Source: Octopus vulgaris (lineage: Eukaryota). Taken from it: 64,000 nucleotides of DNA. A model generated the notes under the pieces. That model saw nothing but the letters and a program-made list of their open reading frames with translations, did not search any database and was not told the origin of the DNA. The stretch spans positions 49,786,001 to 49,850,000 of the forward strand of contig OX597821.1 in the NCBI GenBank assembly GCA_951406725.2. Reading direction: 5' to 3'. Numbering within the stretch: position 1 is the stretch's first letter; each line of letters opens with the position of its first letter. Position numbers and translations under genes: made by a program. Of the stretch, positions 25,651-38,795 are shown piece by piece.

Positions 25651-25961
25651 TAGTCCGGCTGACATAACTCAAAATGGGTAATGAGTGTATAGGCCATATT
25701 TCAGGGATTTTTACCCCTTTATCAGCATCTATCTAACCCATTTTCACCAAACCCATTGGTTATATAGCCACCGCATACAGCAGTTTTAAGTTATTGAATG
25801 TACCAATTAATAAGTTATTATTATACTGAGATTCCCGGGTCTGGAAATGCATATTAAATGAATTCCCAGATCCGTGAATCTCAGTATATGCTTCCTTCTC
25901 GACATCATTAATCATCATAATGAGAGGTAACTTGACCTATAATTTTAAGCATATATGTAGC

Positions 25962-26026
<65 letters not shown>

Positions 26027-27459
26027 TCTTGTCTGAGTATGTATGTAAGTAGGTTCGCATAGTAATACATGACTTTATATAATTGCATACATGGATATGT
26101 ATACAGGCGTCATAGATTAACTTGTACCGATTCTAATAGAAGTGTGTGTGTGTGTGTTTTGCAAAAAGTTGTACAAACGTTCGTGAAGATTCGCTGGGAA
26201 AACGAAAATATTGCACATATGGATGTACACAGCTTAGATCCCTCCATTAGTCGCTAATTGAAGATCACAATAATTTCGGCACCTGTTACAATATTGCCCA
26301 TTCCAACAGCGCCTATAAGCCATTAGAGATGCGATGATACAGACGAGTTGAGGCGTAAAACAACCAAAGATAAAAGGGTGTATAAAAGAAACTGATGTGT
26401 AACAACAAATTAAGGAAGAAAACAAGCACATTAAGATCCGAACAAGGAAATAATGATGGAGTGCATTCCTGTCAATTCAATGAATAAAGTTACACATGGA
26501 GTAATGCAGTCGACCGCCTTACGGTTTTCAATTGCTCGGGGACGAAAATGAACGTACAGCCACTGCGAAAGCAAGGGGAGAAAGAAGTCTAAAAAAGGAG
26601 TCAGATGATGGAAAGGCTTTGTGGGAAGGAAGAGAATCAGGAGATAGTAGCAAATGAGTGAAGATAGAGAGAGGCATTAGGTATACGTACATAAAATATT
26701 TGATATATGTAGTATGCGTGTGTAAAAGAAGCTCGTAGAACAGCAAATCAAACGAAGTTTTTATATGCAAAGAGAGTAGTAAACCTCAAACTGATGAAGG
26801 AATATTTTCGTACATTTGCAAAGCATGATCTCACGAAAATACTTTTCCATGAAGTCTGTGTTAATCTCGGTTTTCTTTTTTATGAAAGAAATTTTTTTTA
26901 GAAAGAATTTTTTAGATACTTTTTAATTCAAAAAAATTCATCTTTCACTCTCCTCTTGTCTCTTTCTCTCTCTATTTGTATGCATGTATTTTTGTACGTA
27001 TCGCTGAATGAAAGTATATGTGCATAAGCTCCTTAAAATACCCATGCTTATATCATACTTCATGCTATACGCGTTTGACAGGCAAGTGTCTGTGGTTTTG
27101 GTGTGAAATAAAAGAAAAATCTTTTATAGACGTTTGAAACTGCTGACGAAATCTCTAAAAGCAATCGGAAAAATTTGGTCTAATCCCGAAAAAGAAATCC
27201 GTGACGCAAGTAACACACCTATTATAAACTAGAATATTCTTTACTAATACTTTCCTTCCTGGTCTTTATGTTCTGAATTCGAATACTATCGTGTTCAAGT
27301 TTGTCTTTTATTCTTTCGGGTGGGGGGATAAAATAAGTACTAGTCAATTACTCAGACTGATGTAATCGACTAGCACCCTCCTCCTAAAAATTGCTGGCCT
27401 TTTGTCAAAACTTGAAACTTATTATTTTTTCAGCTCAGGTGTGTCTCCGAAGGTTCTCA

Positions 27460-27780
27460 CGCAGGCGTGGCTGTGTGGCAAGTGACTTTTACTATAGCCT
27501 CGGACCGACCAAAGCCTTGTGAGTGGATTTAGTGGACGGAAACTGAAAGAAGCCCGTCGTATATATATATATATAGTTAATCCAAACATGAAAACACAAA
27601 GAGAAAACACAACAACGCGAGAACGTGGAACAAATATAGTATTATTGGACGCTCAAGAAGGAAGGGAAGAAGGAGGGTTTAACGTTTCGAGCGGAGCTCT
27701 TCGTCAGAAACATAGGAAAAGGAAAGATCCAGAGAAGGGAGACGGAGGAAAATAATCGCCAACGGTACACACGCGGTCAC

Positions 27781-27859
<79 letters not shown>

Positions 27860-28068
27860 TGCATATCTGTGTTTGTCCTCCCAACATCGCTTGACGACCG
27901 TTATTGGTGTGTTTATGTCCCCGTAACTTAGTGGTTCGGCATAAGTGACCGATACAATAAATATTACGCTTACAAAGAATAAGTCCTGGGGTTGATTTGT
28001 TCGACTAAAGGCGGTGCTCCAGCCTGACTGCAGTCAGATGACTGAAACCAATAAAAGAATAAAAGAAT
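27460..28068 (+). mobile_element. 8448-type SINE interrupted in its (TA)n by a PLE terminal fragment (27576..27783)
   Basis: The SINE head and tail are collinear on either side of a 200-bp insert flanked by TA repeats. Confidence 0.8.
27677..27711 (-). ncRNA. Minimal type I hammerhead ribozyme motif
   Basis: GTTT-CTGACGA-A-GAGC-TCC-GCTC-GAAAC-GTT-AAAC: intact core, 4-bp stems I and II, palindromic ACGT stem III. Confidence 0.7.
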
Positions 28069-28098
28069 GTGTGTGTGTCTCCCCCCCTCACACACACA

Positions 28099-28151
<53 letters not shown>

Positions 28152-28155
<4 letters not shown>

Positions 28156-28312
28156 AGTGGCTGTGTGGTAAGTAGCTTGCTTACCAACCACATAGTTTCG
28201 GGTTCAGTCCCACTGCGTGGCGCCTTGGGCAAGTGTCTTCTACTTTAGCCTCGGGCCGACCAAAGCCTTGTGACTGGATTTGGTAGACGGAAACTGAAAG
28301 AAGCCCGTCGTA

Positions 28313-28358
<46 letters not shown>

Positions 28359-28585
28359 ACGTGTATATGTTTGTATGTCTGTGTTATGTCCCTCCAACAT
28401 CGCTTGACAACCGATGCTGGTGTGCTTACGTCCCCGTAACTTAGCGGTTCGGCAAAAGAGACCGATATAATAAGTACTAGGCTTACAAAGAATAAGTCCT
28501 GGTGTCGATTTGCTCGACTTAAGGCGGTGCTCCAGCATGGCCACAGTCAAATGACTGAAACAAGTAAAGGAGTAAAAGAGAAAAG
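28152..28585 (+). mobile_element. 8448-type SINE, full length
   Basis: High similarity to 8448..8870. Confidence 0.85.
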
Positions 28586-29042
28586 AGTATACCTTCCTTG
28601 GCTCTAAAGAGGTTCGCCAGTCTTGAGTCCAGATCAATGCAAACTCTCTCTCTTTTTTTTTTATCCTTTTTCTTTCTTTTCCTCTGTCCCTTTCCTTTTT
28701 ACAAGACATACTTTATTAAGCTTACTTACGCTAGCAGGCACTAAACGAAGGCAGACATAAACATTGCAGTGAATTAAAACGCTATGTGGTCTCATACTTT
28801 TTGTAAGATTGAATGTTCTAGACGAAGACACAAGACAGATGCAGAAGTAAGCGAAGGAAAAGAAGCAAAGAGGAAAACTAAGGCAGCGACGATGATTACG
28901 ATGATTATGAGGAAGAGCGAGAGGGAGGAGGAGTAAGTGAAGGTTGTAGACCATTGGTTTATTAACATTTTTAGCATTACAACAATATTTGTCTGCTTTA
29001 TCGTTTCTTCCGTCTATTTTTTTTTTCTTTTTAATTTTGCAG

Positions 29043-29129
29043 AACACGTGGTATATCATTGGGCAGAGAGCCAATCTCTTACTGTGGTTAGAAATAAGTT
29101 AGTTTGTTTTGAGCACCATTATATAACAG
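29043..29129 (+). other. Candidate 87-nt internal exon of an unidentified plus-strand gene
   Basis: Long pyrimidine tract ...tttttcttttaattttgcAG| and donor CAG|gtattt. One open frame (EHVVYHWAESQSLTVVRNKLVCFEHHYITG), symmetric phase 1. No recognisable homology. Confidence 0.3.
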
Positions 29130-29390
29130 GTATTTATTTATTGCAGTCATGCTCACAGATTCTTGGATTCTTACTCTGAACACCTGTGAAATGCGCACAA
29201 AAATATCAAGTTTTTTTTTTTTTTTTAGTTTAACATTTCACAAAGTTTGCTTGCCAGGCTACGATGTATGTATTATCAATGCTATCAACATTTTACTATT
29301 TAGTTTCAGACTTTGAGACAACGCAGGAGATGGTTTCTAGTTAATATATGTATGTATTCCTATAAATTCTTCTGGCTATGCATGCCTTTT

Positions 29391-29499
<109 letters not shown>

Positions 29500-29595
29500 T
29501 GTCTGTGTGTTTATATAAAATGTTAAATGACGTAAGTTTATGTATATAGTTATAAATTTTACACCAATCTATCTATCTAGGTAACTGCCTGTCAC

Positions 29596-29674
<79 letters not shown>

Positions 29675-29738
29675 GTCTATCTATCTGTCTGTCTGTCTGT
29701 CTATCTACTTATCTCTCTCTATATATATAAATGTAAAT

Positions 29739-29798
<60 letters not shown>

Positions 29799-29961
29799 TT
29801 TAGAGATGGTATTAAATTTTGAATGTTTTTCTCTCATTCTGTTCTTTTCTTCCCACTTTCACGATGAAATTGAGAACTACGAGAAACATTGTCTGTTTTT
29901 CAAACTATAAAAGACAAGGAACCACTTTTATCGTGACTTGATACCTGTTTGACAATGTTAC

Positions 29962-30063
29962 CTTGGCAAAACAAAACTGCTTGTATATTTATCAATGTTA
30001 ACACCTTTAAATAAATCCAGATGACAATCATCTGTTCCTGTTGAACTTGTTTCGAATATGTTA
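29962..30063 (-). other. Candidate 102-nt exon on the minus strand
   Basis: tttaccAG|...CCAAG|gtaaca. Open frame NIFETSSTGTDDCHLDLFKGVNIDKYTSSFVLP ends in phase 2; weak pyrimidine tract. Confidence 0.25.
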
Positions 30064-30384
30064 CTGGTAAATATATTCTATTCAAATGATAAATTTGATC
30101 AACTGTGATAATTGTATTGATTATTATTGAATGAGAGAGCAGCAAACGCCATCAAAATGACTCTGGGTACAAATATAAGAAGCCTAATATACCCATTATG
30201 ACTACCCGTCATATACCAGAAACATGCATCACAACCATATGTGCTCGACAGGGTGATCTCATATCAAGATAAACAGCGCATGACCTTGCAAGTGGAGCCC
30301 TTTTAAAGCATCATCATCACCACCACCACCACCACCACCACCACCACCACCACCACCACCACCACCACCACCACCACCACCACC

Positions 30385-30418
<34 letters not shown>

Positions 30419-30528
30419 TTATTGTTCTTGTTATTATTTCCATGTTTTTTTATTGTATTTTATATCTCTATTGCATTTTATATCTTCTGTTCCATTTAAT
30501 GTTTTTCAAAGACAATATTTCTACAGAG

Positions 30529-30607
<79 letters not shown>

Positions 30608-32662
30608 ACGGAGGGTGTCTGGAAAAGTATGAGAGAGGAAATCTCTTAATTCAACTGGCAGTGTCGTTTGCTTAGTGTCTGTGACCGATTCGGAGACTAC
30701 TTCGAAATGTTAATACCTCACAATCTAGGAAGGTGGCGCTGTGAGCCGATGAAGGTATATACACACCATTTATCAACAAGGGAGATATAGTCTTCGTGAC
30801 AAAATACACTGAGTAGCTTGTGCCCCATTTCGAACGTGCATCAATCATATTCTGACTGATAATAACATTGATTACAATTGATTACATATTCTGACTGATG
30901 ATAACATTGACTACAATCTAGATTTTGCACCTACTGAGCAATTCAAGAAACGTTTTCATGGTCGCTTTAACTTGCTTTAAAACAGAGTTTTGCTTTTCAG
31001 TTATCATATAGGAAACAGCCTTTAAAGCTTTTAAAGTCATATAAATTACACTGTACAGAAATTACAGTTATTTTCTATAGCCTATAGCACTCTGATGGAA
31101 CCTTTTAGATAACCATTTCCCTATCCTTTATGATATACTTTTTAGCTTCTCTCACTTCGACCGGCCTACCCATGTATTCTTTTGTTTAGCAAATTATTCG
31201 CATGCTAACGGTTTTTGTTGTCTCATATATGTTTTAGCGATGACAGTATGTTAGTATTTGATACTATTAAATCTTTCAGAAAAACTTCCGGATCGGTTAT
31301 CAAAATCCAGACGAGCTAATTCTCAACTGCTCTGTCTGATGAACTCCACACACTGAATCTGACTTCTCCTCTACAGTTGTTTTTGTAAGTATAATCAACC
31401 ACTATTGTCTTTGCGCCGATATTCATTCACCTTACCATTCAAAATTACCTGTTTTTTTTTGCTAATATTTTGCCTGCTTAGATTACTCAAATTTTTCGCT
31501 CTTTATTTCATTATTACAGCTCGCATCTCAGAAACTACGAATCCTCTGTATTTATGTTTATTTATAACCTTTGCCATTTAGCTCATATTGATTTTAAATT
31601 TTGGTACAAGGCCAGTAATTTCGGGGGTGGGGGTAAATCGATTGCATCAACCCCAGTGCTCAGCTGGTACTTATATCATCGACCCCGAGAGGGGATAAAG
31701 GCAAAGTTGACCTCGGCGGAATTTGAACTTTGATAGTTAAGACCGACGAAATGCTGCTAAGCCTATTTCTCAGCGTGCTAACGATTCTGCCAGCTTGCCG
31801 CTTTCTATCTAACCCATATTAAAACAAACAAAATCAATACTAAACTCTTCAAATATTTGTTACATCCATCTATTTTCTTCACCCACAATTCCTAGAACGG
31901 TCGTGGGGATAGTGTCCGCGGGTACCTCCTCAGAGAGTCCTTTTAGAAACCACCTTCATTACACTCATGAGCGACTAACTGACACGGGAGATATTCTCCA
32001 ACCGTTTCATTCTTTGCTTACTCCTAGGCCTCCTACCCTTTGGTTCAGCTTGGAGAATCCATTTTGAAATTCTTTCCCGCAACATTCTAGCCACTCGTTT
32101 GTAGTTGTGAAGCTGTGACTTCTCAATGCAGAGAAGAAGCTTCACACGGTAAGACTCCTTATTAAGAAAATAATATTTTTAAAGTTATTTCATTAGTTTA
32201 TTTTAGTTCACAGGACCAAATTATTTATAGGCTTTTCCTTCAAGTGATAAACTCGTATATTTTTCTTTTTTCTACGTCTGATAAGCTTCACTTCCTCAAA
32301 TCTAATTACAATTTTTTGGTAATTTTTATGATTCTTTACAACAAATTTCCCATCTATATTTCCTGAAAGTTGTTGAACTGTCACAACTTACGCGGTCTAC
32401 TTGTTTCCCTATCTTAACCGAGTGTTTCGATCATCTGTAAAAACCATAACTACTTTATGGACAGCCTTCTTCTCTTAATTCCAATATATATTATTCAAGG
32501 TTGATGTTGGAATTCAGCTAAATATTAAAAGTATTAATGACAAGTTATAGGCCGGAAATATTTTTCTCTCACGTTACTGATGCTACAAACTCTCTTTCTA
32601 CCGGAAGTTACTAAGTTTAGTTCTGCAGATAGATTTACTCTTAGCCGCTGTATTTTATGTTT

Positions 32663-32747
<85 letters not shown>

Positions 32748-32789
32748 ACACACACTCACGTGTGTGTGTATATATATATTCTTTCTTTT

Positions 32790-33035
32790 ACTTTTATTCT
32801 TTTACTTGTTTCAGTCATTTGACTGCGGCCATGCTGGAGCACCGCCTTTAGTTGAGCAAATCGACCCCAGGTCTTATTTTTTGTAGGCCTAGTACTTATT
32901 CTATCGGTTCTTTTGCCGAACTGTTAAGTTTCAGGGGCGTAAACGCACCAGCATCGGTTGTCAAGCGATGTTGGGGGGACAAACACAGACACACAAACAC
33001 ATACACACACATACATACATACATACATACATACA

Positions 33036-33087
<52 letters not shown>

Positions 33088-33232
33088 ACGGGTTTCTTTC
33101 AGTTTCCGTCTACCAAATCCACCTACAAGGCTTTGGTCGGCCCGAGGCTTTAGTAGAAGGTACTTGCCCAAGGTGCCACGCAGTGGGACTGAATCCGGAA
33201 CGATGTGGCTGGTAAGCAAGCTACTTACCACG
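32790..33232 (-). mobile_element. 8448-type SINE
   Basis: Reverse-complement match to 8448..8870. Confidence 0.85.
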
Positions 33233-33256
33233 TGTGTGTATGTGTACATACATACA

Positions 33257-33288
<32 letters not shown>

Positions 33289-33766
33289 CATACAGACAGA
33301 CAGACCGACAAATAGATAGACAGATAGACAAATAAACAGATGGATAGAGAGATAGATAGATAGACAGACAGGCAGACAGAAAGACGGGCAGACAGAAAGA
33401 CAGGCAGACAGACAGCCAGCCAAGCAGGCAGACAGGCAGACAGACAGGCTGGTAGGTAGGTAGGTAGGTAGGTAGGTAGGTAGGTAGGTAGGTAAACAAA
33501 CACACTCACTAATTTGAATTCGTAACAAAATATTTTCGATAAATAGTTATCTTTGCCAAGTTTGTATTACATACTCAACATGCATTCAGAATTATTATGT
33601 GAATGTAAGGAATATTTTCCTCCTCTTCTACTTATTGTAACATTTGTGTTCTTTCACCAAGACATTTTTCATTTCTCTAAACCATTTTTTTTTGTTTTGT
33701 TTCTCATAATACTGATCTCTATAAGAATACTCATTTGATACGGTTTCAATGCGATTTGGGAGTAAA

Positions 33767-34283
33767 TCTATATATATAAAACTGTAGTTGTGTGAGTGTC
33801 TGTCCCCTTCGATTTAGATTCCTAACTCCTCCCACATTTTGCGGTGCAGTTTAACCAAACTCGGGTATCTTATAGTCGTGATTAATATCGAGCCCGTCTG
33901 GCTATTAGCGCGCGTCTACGATGAGTCTACGATTTTAAAAATAATTTAACATCATTTTTTATTCCATTTTAATGCATAATTTTTCGTGTCTCGATGGCGA
34001 CGGAGTTGGCGTCCACGCTCAAACACCTGCACCTGTGTTTGCTTCTCCCCCTTCTTCCCTCCCTCGTGAAGCTGTGGGGAAGGGAGTTTAAGGAAATCAA
34101 CGTCGTAATGCGTTGTCAAGGAGACCAGCGTTCTTTTAGAACAACGACTTCATGGCTTGAAGACACCAAAACAGAAATGGCTAAGAAAGCCCGAATTGGC
34201 ATCTATAAGGGAAGTAACTCTCTAAAAATGCTTATATAGTTATTTCCCTTACAAACCCGAGCAACGCCGGGCGATACTGCTAG
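33767..34283 (+). mobile_element. Non-autonomous Helitron
   Basis: A|TCTATATATATAAAA start, 3' hairpin cccgagcaacgccggg, terminal CTAG|T; no TSD. Confidence 0.85.
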
Positions 34284-35739
34284 TCTTTAATAAGAAGAGC
34301 ATCAAAATTTAACATTCTTGGGTTATGTATTCTTTATGTTATCTATTGCTTTATAATCCAGCGAGAGAACCTTTATGCATTCGCTCGACTGAAAAGGAGA
34401 CATTGGGCAACATAATCCTAGTTATCAAAATATGCAAGATAGTCACCGACTAAAACTTCTTGATTGGATCAGCTCTATTAGATTTCACTTGAGGTTAAAC
34501 ACCAATAGCTATTGTTATGAGTCACTGAGATGGCTCCAAACTGGCCAAGAATAATACACATTGTCAGGAGAACAAGGAACAACTATTTGGTTATAGTTCA
34601 AGCAAATTACTGTCCCACTTCTACTTCTCTCCTCCTTCCCCACTTATCCCCTCGCTGGGGAGAATTAGGAAGATGTATTTCAAAAGATGATACGAAACAC
34701 AACAAAGAAGACACTAGAGAGCTGAATAAATAAAGTAATAGGGAAAGTCAAGCATAATAAAAACTGCTCTCTATATTAAAAGAGGAAGCATTAAAAATAA
34801 AGAGAATGAAGCCGCTATTTTACTCAGGTCGCGACTCTCCGAGCAAACATTTACAGCCTCTTAGTCATGGCTGGTGCCAGAGTATTCAGCGCTCTAGTTG
34901 AGTCAAACAATATATTCTCCCTTCTTCCAGTTCGACAATATGCGCTACCTTCTCCCAGTCTTAATCTATGCTTTACTATTCTCAAAGTCCTAAAACGTGC
35001 GTCCCCATCTCCAAGTCTTATATTATGCGGGGGCCCCTATTCCAAGCCCTAAATTATTCGGTACATCATTCTCCCAGCCCTACTACAGCTTTACGATTGT
35101 ACAAATCGCCGAGTAAACCTGGCAAAGTTTGAAGCTTTACGCCTAATCATATCACAGATCATAACAGCACATCTACACCCCCACCGTCCGCCTTTCACCC
35201 TCTATCTATGCACTATTTTCCATCCTTCTCTGTTCTGGATGAGATCTTCCCTATTCTCTTTCTGAGATTTCGTGTTTTTAAATGGACTAAGTAATTTTGT
35301 TCATGTTGTTCAGAATTTGTGCACCACCCCAGATTTTAGCGCCGAAGGCGATCGCCTACTTTACTTAACGCGCTCAGCTGTGGTATTAGATTTCTTTAGT
35401 ATATATTACACAAGTGTGCAGTCTTGGTAGAAGTGTGTCAAAACAAAGAAGCCATGAGAAGGCCTTGTGTTAGAACTTGTACAAAGATTAGCTAAAGTAT
35501 CCTATTGTTCAAAAAAGTTGAACGGTATAAACAGTATTATATAGTTTCTAAAACAACTAAGGGAGGGAAGAGTTTTAAAACATTTTAAATGCTCTGGACG
35601 AAGACTACTCTCTTAACTCTTTTACACTTTTACTTGTTTCAGTCATTTGACTGCGGCCATGCTGGACTAAAGGCAGTGTCCCAGCATGGCCACAGTCAAA
35701 TGACTGAAACAAGTAAAATAATAAAAGAATATATATATA

Positions 35740-35966
35740 CAGGATTGACCAAAAGTTTCCTTATAGTAACTCAAAACCATTTTATTTCAAAATTTATTTA
35801 TATTTAACAACTGAAGGAATTTGATAAAAGCATCTAAATACGAAACATCATGAATATTGTTCAAACTGAAGTCCTTCTTGAGCGACACATTTTTCCATTC
35901 GACTCAGTACAGAATTACATATTGTATTTATGGAATTTTGATATACTGTCGGGTGACTTTTGGCCA

Positions 35967-35972
<6 letters not shown>
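35740..35972. mobile_element. Tc1/mariner-type MITE
   Basis: TA|caggattgaccaaaagtttcc...ggtgacttttggccaaccct|TA: imperfect TIRs in a TA context. Confidence 0.65.
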
Positions 35973-36023
<51 letters not shown>

Positions 36024-36031
<8 letters not shown>

Positions 36032-36658
36032 ATGAGGGTGTCTAAAAGACACCAACATGCCGAAATAGCAGTCGAAACACTGACTATAGTACCACGTTAA
36101 ATGTTCATATCGCACCATGAGGTAAAGCGGAGGGACAAAACATACAAGCAAAAATTATTGAATAATTCAAGATCCAAGGATTTCTGGTTCTGCTTTAGAT
36201 TTCTGCGGTGCTTATTTTAACCATATCGTACTTATGCGGTGATTTGGCGGGCGATTCAAACTGGCTGTGTCCATACGTGCATATGTATGTATGTACGACG
36301 CTCGTATATGTAAGTATATCGTTTGCTGTGCATATATATATCTGTATTTATGTACCCTTGATATATTCAATTGATGACGGTAAAGCTTATCTAAAGCAGA
36401 ACCAGAAATCCTTGGATCTTGAATTATTCAATAATTTTTGCTTGTATGTTTTGTCCCTCCGCTTTACCTCATGGTGCGATATGAACATTTAACGTGGTAC
36501 TATAGTCAGTGTTTCGACTGCTATTTCGGCATGTTGGTGTCTTTTAGACACCCTCATTTTTAATTGTTAAAAATTTTTTTACCTTTGTAAGGTATTTCTT
36601 TCATGCTGGCCACTTGATAATTTCGACACTTAAATATCGATATTATCCTCATATATAA

Positions 36659-36660
<2 letters not shown>
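36024..36660. mobile_element. PLE-type insertion with 177-bp inverted repeat inside (TA)n
   Basis: 36024..36200 is the reverse complement of 36389..36565 with no mismatch seen; (TA)n on both flanks. Confidence 0.8.
36365..36424 (+). ncRNA. Type I hammerhead-like motif (C3U variant)
   Basis: ATTCAA-TTGATGA-cGGT...ACCa-GAAAT-CCTTGG-ATC-TTGAAT: 6-bp stem I, ATCC/GGAT stem III, AUC triplet. Confidence 0.55.
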
Positions 36661-36734
<74 letters not shown>

Positions 36735-36736
<2 letters not shown>

Positions 36737-36927
36737 GAGAATTCACAAAAATAACCAAAAGACGAAGACAGGTGGTGTAGACAACAAACAGATGTATTAT
36801 TTTACCGCTCGGGAAGTGAAAATGTCTTTAACGTTTCGAGCCTACGCTCTTCCACAGAAAGGAACACAGAAAGAAACAAGGAGATATAATAAAGAAGGTG
36901 CTGTGGCTAGCGATCCATCATGGCGAA
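36735..36927 (-). mobile_element. PLE terminal fragment with mutated hammerhead (36826..36861)
   Basis: CTTT-CTGTGGA-A-GAGC-GTAG-GCTC-GAAAC-GTT-AAAG; abuts (TA)n. A decayed relative lies at about 11430..11590 (+). Confidence 0.65.
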
Positions 36928-37043
36928 TAACTGAAACAAATAAAAGAATAAAAGAATATATATATACAGTGTTGGCCAAAAGTCACCTTACAGTAACTCA
37001 AAACCATTTTATTTCAAAATTTATTTATGTTTAACAAATGAAG

Positions 37044-37082
<39 letters not shown>

Positions 37083-37535
37083 AGTGGCTGTGTGATAAGT
37101 AGCTTACTTACATAGATCCGGTTTCAGTCCCCCTGCGTGGAACCAGGCCAAGTGTCTTCTACTATAGCCTCGGGCCGACTAAAACCAGATTGCGGCCATG
37201 CTGGGGCACGGCCTTCAGGAATTTCAATCAAAATAATTGAGCCCAGTACTTATTTTCTCTTTAAGTGTGGTACCTATTCCATCGGTCTCTTTTACTGAAC
37301 TGTTAAGCCACAGAGTCGCACATGCACCAACACCAGTTGTGATGCGGTGGTGAGAGACAAACACATGCACAAAGATACATACCCATAGATATAAAGACCA
37401 CGGGCTTCTTTCAGTTTCCATCAACCAAATCCACTCACAATGCTTTGGTCGGCTCGAAGCTGTAGTAGAAGACACTTGCCTAAGGTACCACACAGTAAAG
37501 CTGAATCCGGAACCATGTGGTTAGAAAGCAAGTTA

Positions 37536-38795
37536 TCAAGTTGGTGCGAAAGTTATGTCCGATTTAAAGATCTAAGATAAAAATGAATAAGCCAATGACT
37601 ATGGAAATATTTATTCATTAACATACTCTCCATTACTTTCAGCGACCTCATTCCATCTTTCAACAACCTTATAAAATTCTGTATTTTTAGAACCAAAATA
37701 TGAATCCAAATCATTTTCAATCTCTTCTCTTGTTGTTAACCTAAGTCCATCAAAATGGTTCTATAGCCCTCAGAACAAATGGTAATCAGAAGGAGCAAGG
37801 TCAGGAAAATATGGAGGATGAGGCAGTATTTCCCAATCAAGTTCTCCCAAGAGAGTTTTGGTCAGTCGAGCTGTGTGAGGACGAGCATTATCGTGATGGA
37901 AGATGACGCCCTTTCTGTTAACCAAGGATGCTCACTTTTGGCTCAGAACTGTTTTCAAACTACGAAATTGCTCACAGTAAAGATTAGCATTAATTGTTTG
38001 GTTATTGTCCAACAGTTCATAATGGATTACTCCTTTAATATCCCACCATGCACTCAACATGATCTTTGGATGAAGTTCTGCTCTCGGTTGTTGAACTGGC
38101 CGTCCTCTTCGACTGATCCAAGAACGGCGACGTTTAACATTAGAGTAAAGAATCCACTTCTCATCACCTGTAACAAGCCTTTCTAAAAATGTTGTTTGAA
38201 AGTGTTGCGAAAGCAATGATTGACAACAAGCAGCACGCTATTGTCGATTCTCTGGAGACAGCTCGTGGGGACCCATTTTCCAGCTACTGAAATCTTTCCA
38301 ATGTGTTTTAGCTGGCTGGCATACCACGGTTGTATGAGCCACGTTTAACTGTTCTACAAGTTCCCTAGTGGTAACGGCAGGGTTCTCTGAAACAAGAGCT
38401 TCCGACATTTTGGAATCAAGTTTTTTTGGACGACCCTCTTTTGGCTCTTCTTTCAAAGTGAAATCACCAATTCGGAAACGGGAAAACCACCTCCTGCAAC
38501 TTCTTTCATTCACTATATCATCACCATAAGTGCTCTGAATAGATCTTGCTGCCGCACTTGCATTAACACCTTTATGAAACTCGTAGAGTAAAACATTTCT
38601 TATGTGATCTTTAGATGGGACAAACATGGTGGGAAAAGTTTCTGAAAATTGTGGCCAGAAGTTAGATAATCTGAAAGAAAATAGTACAAATTAGACACAG
38701 AGATATCTTAAAACTATAAGAAAAGGTTAAGAATTGATAAATTTGCTCTGAAACATTTTTTCTAGAAATCGGACATCACTTTTGCACCAACCTGA
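37536..38795 (-). mobile_element. Full-length degenerate mariner (DD34D), inserted into an 8448-type SINE
   Basis: TIRs tca(a/g)gttggtgc(g/a)aaagt(t/g)atgtccgattt; TA left, TG right. Motifs GPHEL, VTGDEKW, HDNARPH, PYFPDLAPSDYHLF with D34D spacing. The SINE resumes at 38796. Confidence 0.95.

Noticed and set aside
26790-26860. CTGATGA followed by a long hairpin (ggaatattttcgt/acgaaaatacttttcc)
   Set aside because: No GAAA or stem I after the hairpin; too decayed to call a hammerhead.
34915-35085. About 28-bp degenerate tandem repeat, perhaps internal to a hAT-like MITE ending near 35380
   Set aside because: Units highly diverged; TIR pair and TSD not found.
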